Positions 37,556 to 46,715 of a stretch of 64,000 bases of DNA are shown piece by piece. Both the position numbers and the translations under genes were made by a program. A model generated the notes under the pieces. That model was not told where the DNA came from and ran no database searches. It was given only the letters and a program-made list of their open reading frames with translations. Position 1 is the first letter of the stretch; the number at the start of each line of letters is the position of its first letter. The stretch is taken from the NCBI GenBank assembly GCA_963796285.1, contig CAWCKW010000012.1, forward strand, positions 1,184,001 to 1,248,000. The letters are read 5' to 3'. Source of the DNA: Nitrospirota bacterium. Its GTDB lineage: Bacteria > Nitrospirota > UBA9217.

Positions 37556-37870
37556 CTATGCCAGTTCAAAAACCGTAACCATGGCTATGAACGAGAGCAG
37601 GAACAAACCAACGAGAAAAAAAATGTCCGCTATCTTTTCATACATTACCCCCCGCTTAGACGAACGCATGGAGGCATACGACAATACGCTTGCAATGAGA
37701 AAGATCAGGATCGCTATCCCATCAGCTTTGTCGACGACCTCCACGACCTTGCCGCCCTTCCAGATCTTTTTGAGGTTCAGGATCAAGAAGCACAATCCAA
37801 GCAGATTTGCTGCCGTCGGCAAAATATGAGCCGATATGTTCTTTTTATCGTTGGTTGTCGCAGCCATCAT
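37556..37870 (-). CDS. Small 3-TM hypothetical membrane protein
   Basis: HILPTAANLLGLC plus hydrophobic helices; GAGGA RBS. Confidence 0.75.
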   Translation of the reverse strand: MMAATTNDKKNISAHILPTAANLLGLCFLILNLKKIWKGGKVVEVVDKADGIAILIFLIASVLSYASMRSSKRGVMYEKIADIFFLVGLFLLSFIAMVTVFELA

Positions 37871-37905
37871 TCATCCTCTCCGGCGAGCTTTCTCATCCCG
37901 GACGC

Positions 37906-40458
37906 TTAAGCCTGATAAATTCCGTCCAAAAAATTCCTTGCATAGCGCTTTACCGCATGGTCATCCTGGAGCACGGCATCCAGCTGACGGGTATAGGAGA
38001 TCAGCCTGCCAAGCTGATCGAGGATGGTTACCGCCTCCTCCCTGTCGATGTTCGCGAGCCGGGCAACGATCAGATCGCCTTTTGTCTTGATGTTGAAACC
38101 GTACTCGCCGAGGATCTCAGCGATGAGCTGCAGCCTCCTCGAACGCTTGGTCATGTCGGTGGCGCCGCCGGTGAACCGGAAATAAATGTGGTTGTTTCTT
38201 GTGTTCTCGCTGCAAAAGCAGTCCAGGACGATGAAATGATAGCCGAACTTCAGGCTGATGTTCGCATATTCCCGGGAAATGACGGCCATGTTCGATTCCA
38301 CGCGGCCGCCGCTGTCGGACATGATATCGGGCATACGCAGCATACTCGACATAAAATCATTGACGTTCAACGGGACTGCGTCGGAGCGCCAGATGCCGGG
38401 GCGGGTCATTCCCGTGATCAGCGCCCGAAGCGGCAGCGAAGCGATTTGCTCGGCGGTGACATGGCCGCTGGGCGAGGAATTGTCCAAGCCTCCGCCGATA
38501 TCGATGACCATGATGCCGGCGGGGATCGACAGATCCAGGTTGACGGCACCGGCCTTCACGCCGGACTGCGCGGTCTCGATAAGCTCGGCGACCGATTTCT
38601 CATGGATGAAGCGCAGAATATCATGCATGGTCTTGCATGCCTGCGGCGTAAACTCATCCCGCAGAGGATCGACCAGGTTCAGCGGCGCGATGTAGCGCAG
38701 GAGATACCTTTTTTTGCGGAACTCCAGGAGTTCTTCCATCCTTGCGGAATCGTTTCGCGCGTGCTCCACGATCTGCCTGACCAGTCCCCTCGGTAGATGG
38801 TCGCCCCTTCGTTCTCCACCTGGATGGTGATCTCCTGGCCGTGGGCAAGCAAATGCGTTGCATTGCCCGCGTTCACGACCGTTGGGATCCTGAACTCCCT
38901 GCACAAGCGCGGCCATATGGCTCGTCGGCGTTCCCGTGTCGGTGACGATCGCGGACACGTCGGTCATCACGCGGACGAAGTGGGAGGAATCGTGCCGCGC
39001 AACGAGGATAGCGCCCTTGGGGATGGAATCAAGTTCATTGATGTTCTTCAGGATGAAGACCCGGCCCGCTGCCACGCCGTTCTGCACGGCAAGCCCGCTG
39101 TTCTTCGCGAGGACCTTCGCGTCAGGCGCGCCCGGGCCCGCGGCACGAGTGCGGGTGTCATCGCCTGACAGTCTGAGCGGCCGCGACTGGAGGATGAACG
39201 CCCTCCCCTGGCTGTCGAAGGCCCACTCGATGTCCTGGGGCCTGCGAAAGTGCTTTTCGATCAGCAGCGCCAGCCGGACGAGCTCAGCGACCTGCCCTGG
39301 ATCAAGGCTCGATCGTGTTCGTTTTTCCTCCGGCGTCGCGACCGCCGTCACACCGCCTTGTTTCATCCCGATGACCATCGAGCCCTTCGTGCCGATCCTC
39401 GTCTCGACGATCTCCCGGTTGCCGGTCTTATTCACCCTGTAAAAATCAGCATCGGTCTGGCCTTCCACAACGGAAGTGCCAAGCCCCCACGTAGCATTGA
39501 TGATAAGCGTGTCACGGTTTCCCTGTTGATCGATCGAATACAGGACGCCGCTCGTATCGGCATCCACCATCACCACGCAGCCCACGGCCATTTTCATGTC
39601 ACTGAGGTCGTACCCCAGTCTTTTCTGATACATCGACGACTTTTCAGAGAATAGACTGGCGAGCACCTTCCGGTACGCCTTTTCAACTGCAGCGGTTTCG
39701 AGTGGCACATTCAGAACGGTTTCGAACTGTCCTGCGAACGAGAAGTCTCCATCCTCCTCCCCTGCACTGCTCCGCACAGCGAAGGAACACTTCCCTTTGC
39801 ACCGCGAACTGATCTTGTTGACGGCCTTGTCGATGGCGCGGTGAAGGTCGGGCGGCATCTCTCCATGCAGAATAAGCTCATGCACTTCATGCAGGGACGC
39901 CGACGGGACCGTGGCATTGTTCTGCGGTAGCCGTATCTTTTCAAAGATCCGGTTATGGCCCATGAAGGCGTCGAAGGCCCGGGTCGTTACCGCAAAGGCA
40001 TCGGGCACGTTCAGCTTCAGCGCGTTTTTGATCTCCGCGAGGTTGGAGTTCTTACCGCCGATGTCCCGCACCATATCGCCGGTAACGTGCTCATAGAAAA
40101 CGACGAGATCCTTTGCCGGGATAACGGTTTCATCGATGACATGCCTGATCCCTTCGTCGATTTCCCGGGACTTCTCTCGGAGCTGTGGATACCGGCCGTG
40201 CGTTAGCAGGTCAAAATCGCGGAGGGAGTCGTCTACGGCGGCGTGAAGGTCGGCATAGGATCGTTTGACGTACTGAATGTCGAACAGATAGTCCCCGCCA
40301 AGGGTATCACCCATGTCCGTAATGATCTCGAGCGCCCTGTTGTTATCGTCGAGGACCTCGCGGAACCGGGAAAAAAGCAGCTCGAACGAATCCCGGTTGC
40401 GGCGAACGCGCCAGAGGGTCCGGTACAGAGAGTTCAGTTTTCCGGCAAAGTTTGTCAT
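37906..40458 (-). CDS. PEP/pyruvate-binding (PPDK_N) plus phospho-His swivel domain protein (compensating frameshifts ~38790-38905)
   Basis: GGK..NL, AVRSSA..ED..SFAGQF, PQDIEWA, LQSRP and TSHMA; no C-terminal PEP-binding TIM barrel recognised. Confidence 0.85.
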   Translation of the reverse strand: MTNFAGKLNSLYRTLWRVRRNRDSFELLFSRFREVLDDNNRALEIITDMGDTLGGDYLFDIQYVKRSYADLHAAVDDSLRDFDLLTHGRYPQLREKSREIDEGIRHVIDETVIPAKDLVVFYEHVTGDMVRDIGGKNSNLAEIKNALKLNVPDAFAVTTRAFDAFMGHNRIFEKIRLPQNNATVPSASLHEVHELILHGEMPPDLHRAIDKAVNKISSRCKGKCSFAVRSSAGEEDGDFSFAGQFETVLNVPLETAAVEKAYRKVLASLFSEKSSMYQKRLGYDLSDMKMAVGCVVMVDADTSGVLYSIDQQGNRDTLIINATWGLGTSVVEGQTDADFYRVNKTGNREIVETRIGTKGSMVIGMKQGGVTAVATPEEKRTRSSLDPGQVAELVRLALLIEKHFRRPQDIEWAFDSQGRAFILQSRPLRLSGDDTRTRAAGPGAPDAKVLAKNSGLAVQNGVAAGRVFILKNINELDSIPKGAILVARHDSSHFVRVMTDVSAIVTDTGTPTSHMAALVQGVQDPNGRERGQCNAFACPRPGDHHPGGERRGDHLPRGLVRQIVEHARNDSARMEELLEFRKKRYLLRYIAPLNLVDPLRDEFTPQACKTMHDILRFIHEKSVAELIETAQSGVKAGAVNLDLSIPAGIMVIDIGGGLDNSSPSGHVTAEQIASLPLRALITGMTRPGIWRSDAVPLNVNDFMSSMLRMPDIMSDSGGRVESNMAVISREYANISLKFGYHFIVLDCFCSENTRNNHIYFRFTGGATDMTKRSRRLQLIAEILGEYGFNIKTKGDLIVARLANIDREEAVTILDQLGRLISYTRQLDAVLQDDHAVKRYARNFLDGIYQA

Positions 40459-40463
40459 GACCT

Positions 40464-40835
40464 TTAGGGCTGCTTTTCCAGCGCCCGTTTGATGGAAGCC
40501 TTCAATTCCTTTATCTTTACGGGTTTCGGGAAAAAGTCATGCACGTCCCTTCGGAGCGCCTCAATGGCCGCATCGAGGTTGGCGAAGGCCGTGATCATGA
40601 TGACCTGTGTCGCGGGATACAGGTCTTTCACGGTCTTCAGCACCTCCATCCCGTCGATCCCTTTCATTTTGTAGTCCGTTACGACAACGTCAAATTTTTC
40701 TTCCTTCAACCGCTTCAGCGCCGGCTCGGCGTTCAGAAAGGTTTCAACAATATAGCCTTCCTGCTCGAGGGACAGTTTTGACATGTCGCCCACGATCTTT
40801 TCATCGTCAATGACCATGATCTTGTGACTATTCAT
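40464..40835 (-). CDS. Single-domain response regulator
   Basis: IDDE, TDYKM, ITAF and KP. Confidence 0.93.
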   Translation of the reverse strand: MNSHKIMVIDDEKIVGDMSKLSLEQEGYIVETFLNAEPALKRLKEEKFDVVVTDYKMKGIDGMEVLKTVKDLYPATQVIMITAFANLDAAIEALRRDVHDFFPKPVKIKELKASIKRALEKQP

Positions 40836-42240
40836 TGTTCTTCTCCTCTTTATTGTACTGGGGCAGCTCTATGGTAAAGGTCGTTCCTACACCGGCCATG
40901 CTGTCCACCCTGATCTCTCCATGATGATTCTTGATGATCCCGTAACTGACCGAGAGCCCGAGTCCGGTCCCCCCCTCCCCCTTGGTGCTGAAAAAGGGAT
41001 CGAAAATATGGGGAAGAAACTCGGGCGCAATGCCCTTGCCCGTATCCGCAACGCCGATCTCGACGGAATTTCCCTTCTTTCCCGGCCGTGATGAAAGAAC
41101 GAGCCTGCCGCCGGAGGTCATGGCCTGGACCGCATTCGTGATCAGGTTCACCAGCACCTGCTGGATCTGGTGCTCATCCACGAATACATGCGGCAGGCTG
41201 TCGGCGAGGTGGATCGATGTCTCGATATTCGACACATCGATCATGTTCTGCACCAGGGTGAGCGTCTTCTGCACCACCACGTTGATGTCCGCCTCGTTCG
41301 GGTTCGCGTCCTTGGGTTTTGAAAAATCGAGCAGGTTCTTGACGATCTTCCGTATCCGCTCCGTCTCAGCATCGACCTTATTCATGAACTCGATCCGGTC
41401 ATGTTCGCCGAGTTGTGGGTAGAGTTCCGCGTAGGTCTGTGCGATCATCGATATATTGTTGAGCGGATTGGTGAGTTCATGTGCCACGCCGGCCGTCAGG
41501 ATGCCGAGGGAGGCAAGTTTCTTTGACTGGATCAGTTCTTCCTCGCGGTGGCCGAGCTCCTCTGACATGGAATTGATCGCCGTGATAACCGCACCGAGCT
41601 CATCATTGGACCGAAATCCCGCTATCTTGTTGAAGTTCCCTTCGGATATCGATTTTGCCAGCTTCTCGATCTCTCGCAGAGACCTGAGGATCTTTTGAGA
41701 AATAAAATGCCCGATAACGAGCGCGGAAAGCAGAATTACCCAGAAGGAGAAGATCAGGATGCGCTTCGAATTCAGGATAATATCGTTCACGCGGGTGCGT
41801 TCGAGGTGTGTGATGGAATCAGAATACTCCTTCAATTTCTTTCCTGCCGCGCGAATCCTCGTTTCCAGGTCAGGGTCCTGAGGATCCTTCGTGCTCGCCA
41901 CCTGGATGACGGCCGAGTAGATCTTGAGATGGGATACCAGTTTCCTGAGATCTTCCTCCCCGATCGCCCGGATAATGTCATCGCTCTCGGCCTCGATCGT
42001 TGTCATCGTCAATGCTATCTTTTCCCGGATATCCTTGAGTGCCATCCTGTCGTGGTACAGGAAAAAGTTCTTTTCCGAAAGCCGCATCTCGAGAAAGGAC
42101 GCGTTCAGGTCGTCGGCGATCTCGACGAACTTGAGTTTGGTAAGCACGAGGCTCATGTTCTGAAAGGCGAAAAAGCCGATCAGGATGATGAAGGCGCCGT
42201 TGATGGTGTTCGAGAGAATGAGTTTACGTTCAATTTTCAT
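40828..42240 (-). CDS. HAMP sensor histidine kinase (NtrB-like)
   Basis: 2 TM, HAMP, AHELTNPL, N box, DTGKG, FFSTK and GTGLGL. Confidence 0.95.
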   Translation of the reverse strand: MKIERKLILSNTINGAFIILIGFFAFQNMSLVLTKLKFVEIADDLNASFLEMRLSEKNFFLYHDRMALKDIREKIALTMTTIEAESDDIIRAIGEEDLRKLVSHLKIYSAVIQVASTKDPQDPDLETRIRAAGKKLKEYSDSITHLERTRVNDIILNSKRILIFSFWVILLSALVIGHFISQKILRSLREIEKLAKSISEGNFNKIAGFRSNDELGAVITAINSMSEELGHREEELIQSKKLASLGILTAGVAHELTNPLNNISMIAQTYAELYPQLGEHDRIEFMNKVDAETERIRKIVKNLLDFSKPKDANPNEADINVVVQKTLTLVQNMIDVSNIETSIHLADSLPHVFVDEHQIQQVLVNLITNAVQAMTSGGRLVLSSRPGKKGNSVEIGVADTGKGIAPEFLPHIFDPFFSTKGEGGTGLGLSVSYGIIKNHHGEIRVDSMAGVGTTFTIELPQYNKEEKNNE

Positions 42241-42263
42241 TTCAATTATTATACTCTATAATA

Positions 42264-43058
42264 TCATTCCATTTCCAGCGAAAACCTGTCGGCCGCAGCT
42301 TCGTTCCCAAAACCCTTTTTTCCAGACATCCCGCGTTCGCTGTTTTCCATCAATGGAGAAAGTAATGAAGATGCTTGAGCAGGTAAATTTATTCTTATCG
42401 TTGTGGAGGGTGTAACCAGCCGGTTTCCCCAATGACTCTTAACCTCTGCGTCGTAAAAGGGTTGGATCACTTCCGTTCCGGTCCGATTAATCAACCTTAT
42501 AAATTCATCGGCAAGAATGGGCGATATTGCATATTGTCTATTTTCAGCTATACGAATGAATAGTAAGTTTTTGGGTTCCTTAAAAGTATCCACAAAACTA
42601 TAAAACCTGACAGCTCCAAATCTTTCCAAGGTACACGTGCCGAGCTGTGCCACAGGATAAACTATTTGCGGTGCTTCTCTGAAATAAGAAAATAAATTTT
42701 TCTTTTGTGGCACAAGCGTTTCATTCGCCAGGCTTGTCATCTCTTTAATGTCGGAAAATTTAATTTCATCGTGCAACATAAACGAGCGTATCGTTAAGCT
42801 ATCCGCTGTGATATCGTAGCAAAGCTTCTTGAAAAAAATAATCAGGTACAAATGATAAAAGATCATGAGCGAAAGAACAAGGCTACATGACAAGGTCACC
42901 GTTTTCTTGATAAAGGACATGCTGTCCAGCTGTAGAGTAAACAGTAAAATAGACAAAATGAAAAAAATAAATAAAACCGCAGTCCTCCAGACAAATAACT
43001 CAACCCCTGGCCGGTTGTTTGCAATATCGTCTTGATAAGGCTTAATGTGTGAGCTCAT
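42264..43058 (-). CDS. Membrane protein with bacterial PH-like domain
   Basis: 2 TM, then Y.IT...L.I...I.F.DI...YAISP pattern; AT-rich. Confidence 0.55.
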   Translation of the reverse strand: MSSHIKPYQDDIANNRPGVELFVWRTAVLFIFFILSILLFTLQLDSMSFIKKTVTLSCSLVLSLMIFYHLYLIIFFKKLCYDITADSLTIRSFMLHDEIKFSDIKEMTSLANETLVPQKKNLFSYFREAPQIVYPVAQLGTCTLERFGAVRFYSFVDTFKEPKNLLFIRIAENRQYAISPILADEFIRLINRTGTEVIQPFYDAEVKSHWGNRLVTPSTTIRINLPAQASSLLSPLMENSERGMSGKKGFGNEAAADRFSLEME

Positions 43059-43062
43059 AGAC

Positions 43063-43362
43063 TTAAGACCCCCACAAAAAAAGCCCAAAAAGAATGAATG
43101 ACCACACTACGCACCAGAAAAAAACATCGGACATAATCACATACCTTCTGGCGGTTTTAATTGCATCTGTGCCGTAGAGCGGTTGTCTGAGGGAATCCAG
43201 GAGTGAGCCGCCCCGATTCGGGCCGGAGAAGACGTCAGGCGGAGGCCATTGTTTTGCTTCCATCACTTTTCTTGCCATCTCGATTGCCATTAATTTGGAG
43301 CTAAATGCGTACGTCACAAGAATCAGATAAAAGATCAACCAAGTAGTTATTTCGGATTTCAT
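43063..43362 (-). CDS. Hypothetical 2-TM protein
   Basis: GGGAG RBS; hydrophobic N- and C-termini; abuts the downstream gene. Confidence 0.55.
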   Translation of the reverse strand: MKSEITTWLIFYLILVTYAFSSKLMAIEMARKVMEAKQWPPPDVFSGPNRGGSLLDSLRQPLYGTDAIKTARRYVIMSDVFFWCVVWSFILFGLFLWGS

Positions 43363-43839
43363 GAAATCACTCCCATTGAGGAAACAAGCGCCCCCCGCAA
43401 TTTCCGAAAAACCGGTAATATTTGGGTGAAAACATTATACTTCACGCGCGAATGTACAGAAGTGCAATGAGAAATCTCACCCGCCAAGTACGAAGTTTCG
43501 GATTTGGAGGGATAAAAATTGTATAGCTTTCACGTAAACGAGTATATTTTACGAGCTACAGACGTGTCAAGGTAAAGTTATTAACGTCGTGAGGCGAGCA
43601 TCTTTGAATAGTCCTCGTCATCGCCCTGTGTGATAATTCGCTGACGCACATTCTTTTCTTCGCAAGCTCGCGCCTTCGCCTGTTCCCGGCGAAAAAATCG
43701 GCGTGTTATCGTCTCCATCAAGCAGATACTGCATAGATTACATTGCAGTGCAAGATATTTCTTGCTGCAAAAAAACGGTCCGCCTCTGCATCAAAATAAT
43801 ATTTTCATAGATAACAGTCGTTTAGCAACAATAACAATA

Positions 43840-43855
43840 TGGCATGGCTATTGCT
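43840..43855 (+). promoter_or_regulatory. Sigma54 -24/-12 promoter
   Basis: TGGCATGGCTATTGCT with exact GG-N10-GC spacing, ~50 nt before the MFS start; upstream palindrome GCAAGA...TCTTGC at ~43750-43766. Confidence 0.85.
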
Positions 43856-43906
43856 ATAGGCATAGTCTAGACAGGATATACAAATCTTAAATATTCAGGT
43901 GCACCA

Positions 43907-45634
43907 ATGAAACCTAAAGTAGAAGCAATACGCAAAAGCATTCAGGAACGTCCCGGCTGGAGGTGGTTTCTGCTTTTCACCGTCCTGCTGGGCGCCACCA
44001 TGTCGGCCCTCGATGTCAGCATCGTCAACGTGGCTATGCCGACGCTGAAGAACACGTTCGGGGTTTCGATGGCCGTCATAGAATGGGTGGCAATGGCGTA
44101 TATGCTTACGCTGATCATTTTTCTTCCGCTGTTCGGAAGACTCGCCGATATATTCGGCAGGTCAAAGCTCTATACTATCGGCTTTGTGGTTTTCTCCGCA
44201 GGTTCGTTGTTTTGCGGCATGTCGCCCACGGCGGGATTCATGATCGCAGCCCGCATTATCCAGGCTGTCGGGGCCGGGCTTCTGCAGGCCAACTCCGTTG
44301 CCCTTATTACGCAGGCATTTCCGGCAAACGAACGGGGTAAAGCTATCGGCATCCAGGCAGCTGTCCAGGCGATAGCGATGTCAGCAGGTCCTTTTATCGG
44401 AGGCATCCTCATAGCCACGATAGGCTGGCAGGCGATCTTCTATGTGAATATCCCCATCGGGATAGTAGGGACGGTTGCCGCCCTGTTCATTCTTCCGCGC
44501 GACCGGAGAGTCGATAAGAAGGAGAACGTTGATTACCTTGGGGCAACGCTATTTGCCTCAGGGCTGGCATGTATCGTGCTGGCCTTCAACGGGGGAGTAA
44601 AGCTCGAGTCAGGCTCTTTCACGACCATCGTATTATTCATTCATGCCTGCATTCTGCTCGGCCTTTTCATCCTCACGGAATTGCGGGTTGAAAATCCTCT
44701 GATCGACCTCAAACTGTTCCGGAACCGCACGTTCCTCATCGGCAACCTGACCGGTATGCTGTCCTATTTTGTCCTGTTCGCGATCATGTTCCTGATGCCC
44801 TTTTATCTTGAAAAAGCGCTGGGCTACAGTGTCGCTCTCACCGGCTCCCTGCTGACCCCCCTTCTCCTTGCGATGGCGGTAGTGGCCCCGTTCTCAGGCC
44901 ACATCTCGGATAAATACGGTCCGAGGATAATCACAACTTCCGGGATGCTTCTTTCCGCCCTGGCATGTTTCTCGATAATGTTGATGGGAGTGTCCGTGCA
45001 CCTGCCCTTGCTGGCCGCAGTTTTGATACTCCTCGGGGTCGGCATGGGGATGTTTATTACGCCGAACAACAGCGCAGTCATAGGATCAGCCCCTCAGGAG
45101 AAACTGGGGATGGCCGGAGGAGTCCTGAACATGATGCGGTCCCTCGGGCTTATCTTCGGGGTGAACATTTCAGGACTGATATTTACTACCCTGGAGCGCA
45201 GGTACCTGTCCGACAACGGGTATCCGAATATTCAACACATATTCGGCAACACCGGCATTCCTGTGCCTGTTAAAGCCGACGCATTTATGCACGGGTTCAT
45301 GATGGTAATTATGGTCCTTATGGCAGTTACTATTTTATCGGCGCTCCTTTCGTCTGTCAGGAAAGTCAAAACAGTCGCCATTATAGATCATGAAGCAGCT
45401 GAAACGGCGCTTGTTTCATCAGGGTTCTTTAACGGCTTCAGCAGGGAAAGAAGGGGAATGTCTTTATTTATAATGCTCCTTCTCTTTGCAGGCGTCACAG
45501 GAGCTTTCGCCTCTTCCCGGTTAACGAGTGAGACCTTTGCCGCTTCGAAGACTGTGCAGAGCTTGCCTCTGACTACGGGCAATAGCTCAGACGGGCAAGG
45601 ACAAAAAGCCGGCATGCGCGAGCTGGGCCTTTGA
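43907..45634 (+). CDS. DHA2 (EmrB/QacA) 14-TM MFS transporter with extra C-terminal segment
   Basis: LDVSIVNVAMP, GRLADIFGR, WQAIFYVNIPIG and E...PLIDL.LF. Confidence 0.92.
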   Translation: MKPKVEAIRKSIQERPGWRWFLLFTVLLGATMSALDVSIVNVAMPTLKNTFGVSMAVIEWVAMAYMLTLIIFLPLFGRLADIFGRSKLYTIGFVVFSAGSLFCGMSPTAGFMIAARIIQAVGAGLLQANSVALITQAFPANERGKAIGIQAAVQAIAMSAGPFIGGILIATIGWQAIFYVNIPIGIVGTVAALFILPRDRRVDKKENVDYLGATLFASGLACIVLAFNGGVKLESGSFTTIVLFIHACILLGLFILTELRVENPLIDLKLFRNRTFLIGNLTGMLSYFVLFAIMFLMPFYLEKALGYSVALTGSLLTPLLLAMAVVAPFSGHISDKYGPRIITTSGMLLSALACFSIMLMGVSVHLPLLAAVLILLGVGMGMFITPNNSAVIGSAPQEKLGMAGGVLNMMRSLGLIFGVNISGLIFTTLERRYLSDNGYPNIQHIFGNTGIPVPVKADAFMHGFMMVIMVLMAVTILSALLSSVRKVKTVAIIDHEAAETALVSSGFFNGFSRERRGMSLFIMLLLFAGVTGAFASSRLTSETFAASKTVQSLPLTTGNSSDGQGQKAGMRELGL

Positions 45635-45899
45635 TCTTTTCACCAATGTCAATTAAGGAAATAGGATTCAAGTCTCTAAAATTACATACAACAGGAGGTT
45701 ATCTGATAATGAGCAGTTCATAGTTACCTTATCCGTTATTTTCTTTGCATCCGTTTCTTTTCGGGATAGACACAAATCGCTTCGTTACTCCGTTATGCAT
45801 CAGGCGCAACGGTTCAGTTCCGGGTGCGAGCGCTTCAAATCGGCTTTGCCGAGTACTATTTGAATCACAAATTAAAAATTATTCCATGGAGGTGGAGTT

Positions 45900-46670
45900 A
45901 TGGCAGCAAGCTGGCTGTTTTTACTGACCTGTAGCTTAAGCGGTGCTTTTTTATCGAGTCTTTTGGGAATAGGGGGCGCCATATTCATTATCCCTATTAT
46001 CCTGTTTTTTCAAAAGAGCGTAGGTTTGAATCTTGAAATGCATCAAATAAGCTCTCTTACCACTCTTTTCGTCTTTGTCGCGGGCGTCGTCGGTTTTTGG
46101 GCCCATGGCAGGCACTATAAGATAGAAAAAAAGCTTGTCCTCATAACCGGCAGTTGCGCGTCCATCGGGGCGCTCGCAGGAGGGATGGTGCAATTCTATC
46201 TGCCGCATAATGTGATTTTAATAACCTTCGTCGCTCTGTTGTTCCTTATCGGCGGTTTGATGATTTGGCCCATCAAGAATGAGAATACAGAGATGCCCGA
46301 TTATTCATTGATGAAAGCGGCTTTGGGTTGTGTGACTGGAGGGTTTTTGGCGGGCATGGTGGGCATAGGGGGAGGCACGATACTTGTTCCCTTTATGATC
46401 GTTTTTCTTCGTATTCCCACCAGGCCGGCCATCTCGACCGGTCTGGCCCTGGTGATGCTCGCAGGCCTTTTTGGCTTGATCGGCCGGCTGGGACATGCTT
46501 CCTCCGTACCCTGGACTTTAGGCATCCCCCTGGTGCTCGGCATTCTGCCGGGCAGTCTGCTGGGGACCTATACCAACAAGCGGATGCCTACGGCCGTTTT
46601 ACGCAAGAGTTTTGCCGTAATGATTCTGATGCTGGCTGTCCAGCAAGTCGTAAGTATTTTCACGGCATAA
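45900..46670 (+). CDS. TauE/SafE (TSUP) family exporter
   Basis: Duplicated G.GGG..I.P motifs; ~8 TM. Confidence 0.88.
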   Translation: MAASWLFLLTCSLSGAFLSSLLGIGGAIFIIPIILFFQKSVGLNLEMHQISSLTTLFVFVAGVVGFWAHGRHYKIEKKLVLITGSCASIGALAGGMVQFYLPHNVILITFVALLFLIGGLMIWPIKNENTEMPDYSLMKAALGCVTGGFLAGMVGIGGGTILVPFMIVFLRIPTRPAISTGLALVMLAGLFGLIGRLGHASSVPWTLGIPLVLGILPGSLLGTYTNKRMPTAVLRKSFAVMILMLAVQQVVSIFTA

Positions 46671-46715
46671 GTTCATTAGTATTGTTTTATAATCTCTCAG
46701 GAGCTATTTGAATAA

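Noticed and set aside
45660-45900. Possible fluoride, c-di-AMP or c-di-GMP riboswitch before TauE/ClC
   Set aside because: No match to the consensus features by eye, and the ClC has the canonical GSGIP/GREGP rather than fluoride-type motifs. An Rfam scan would settle it.
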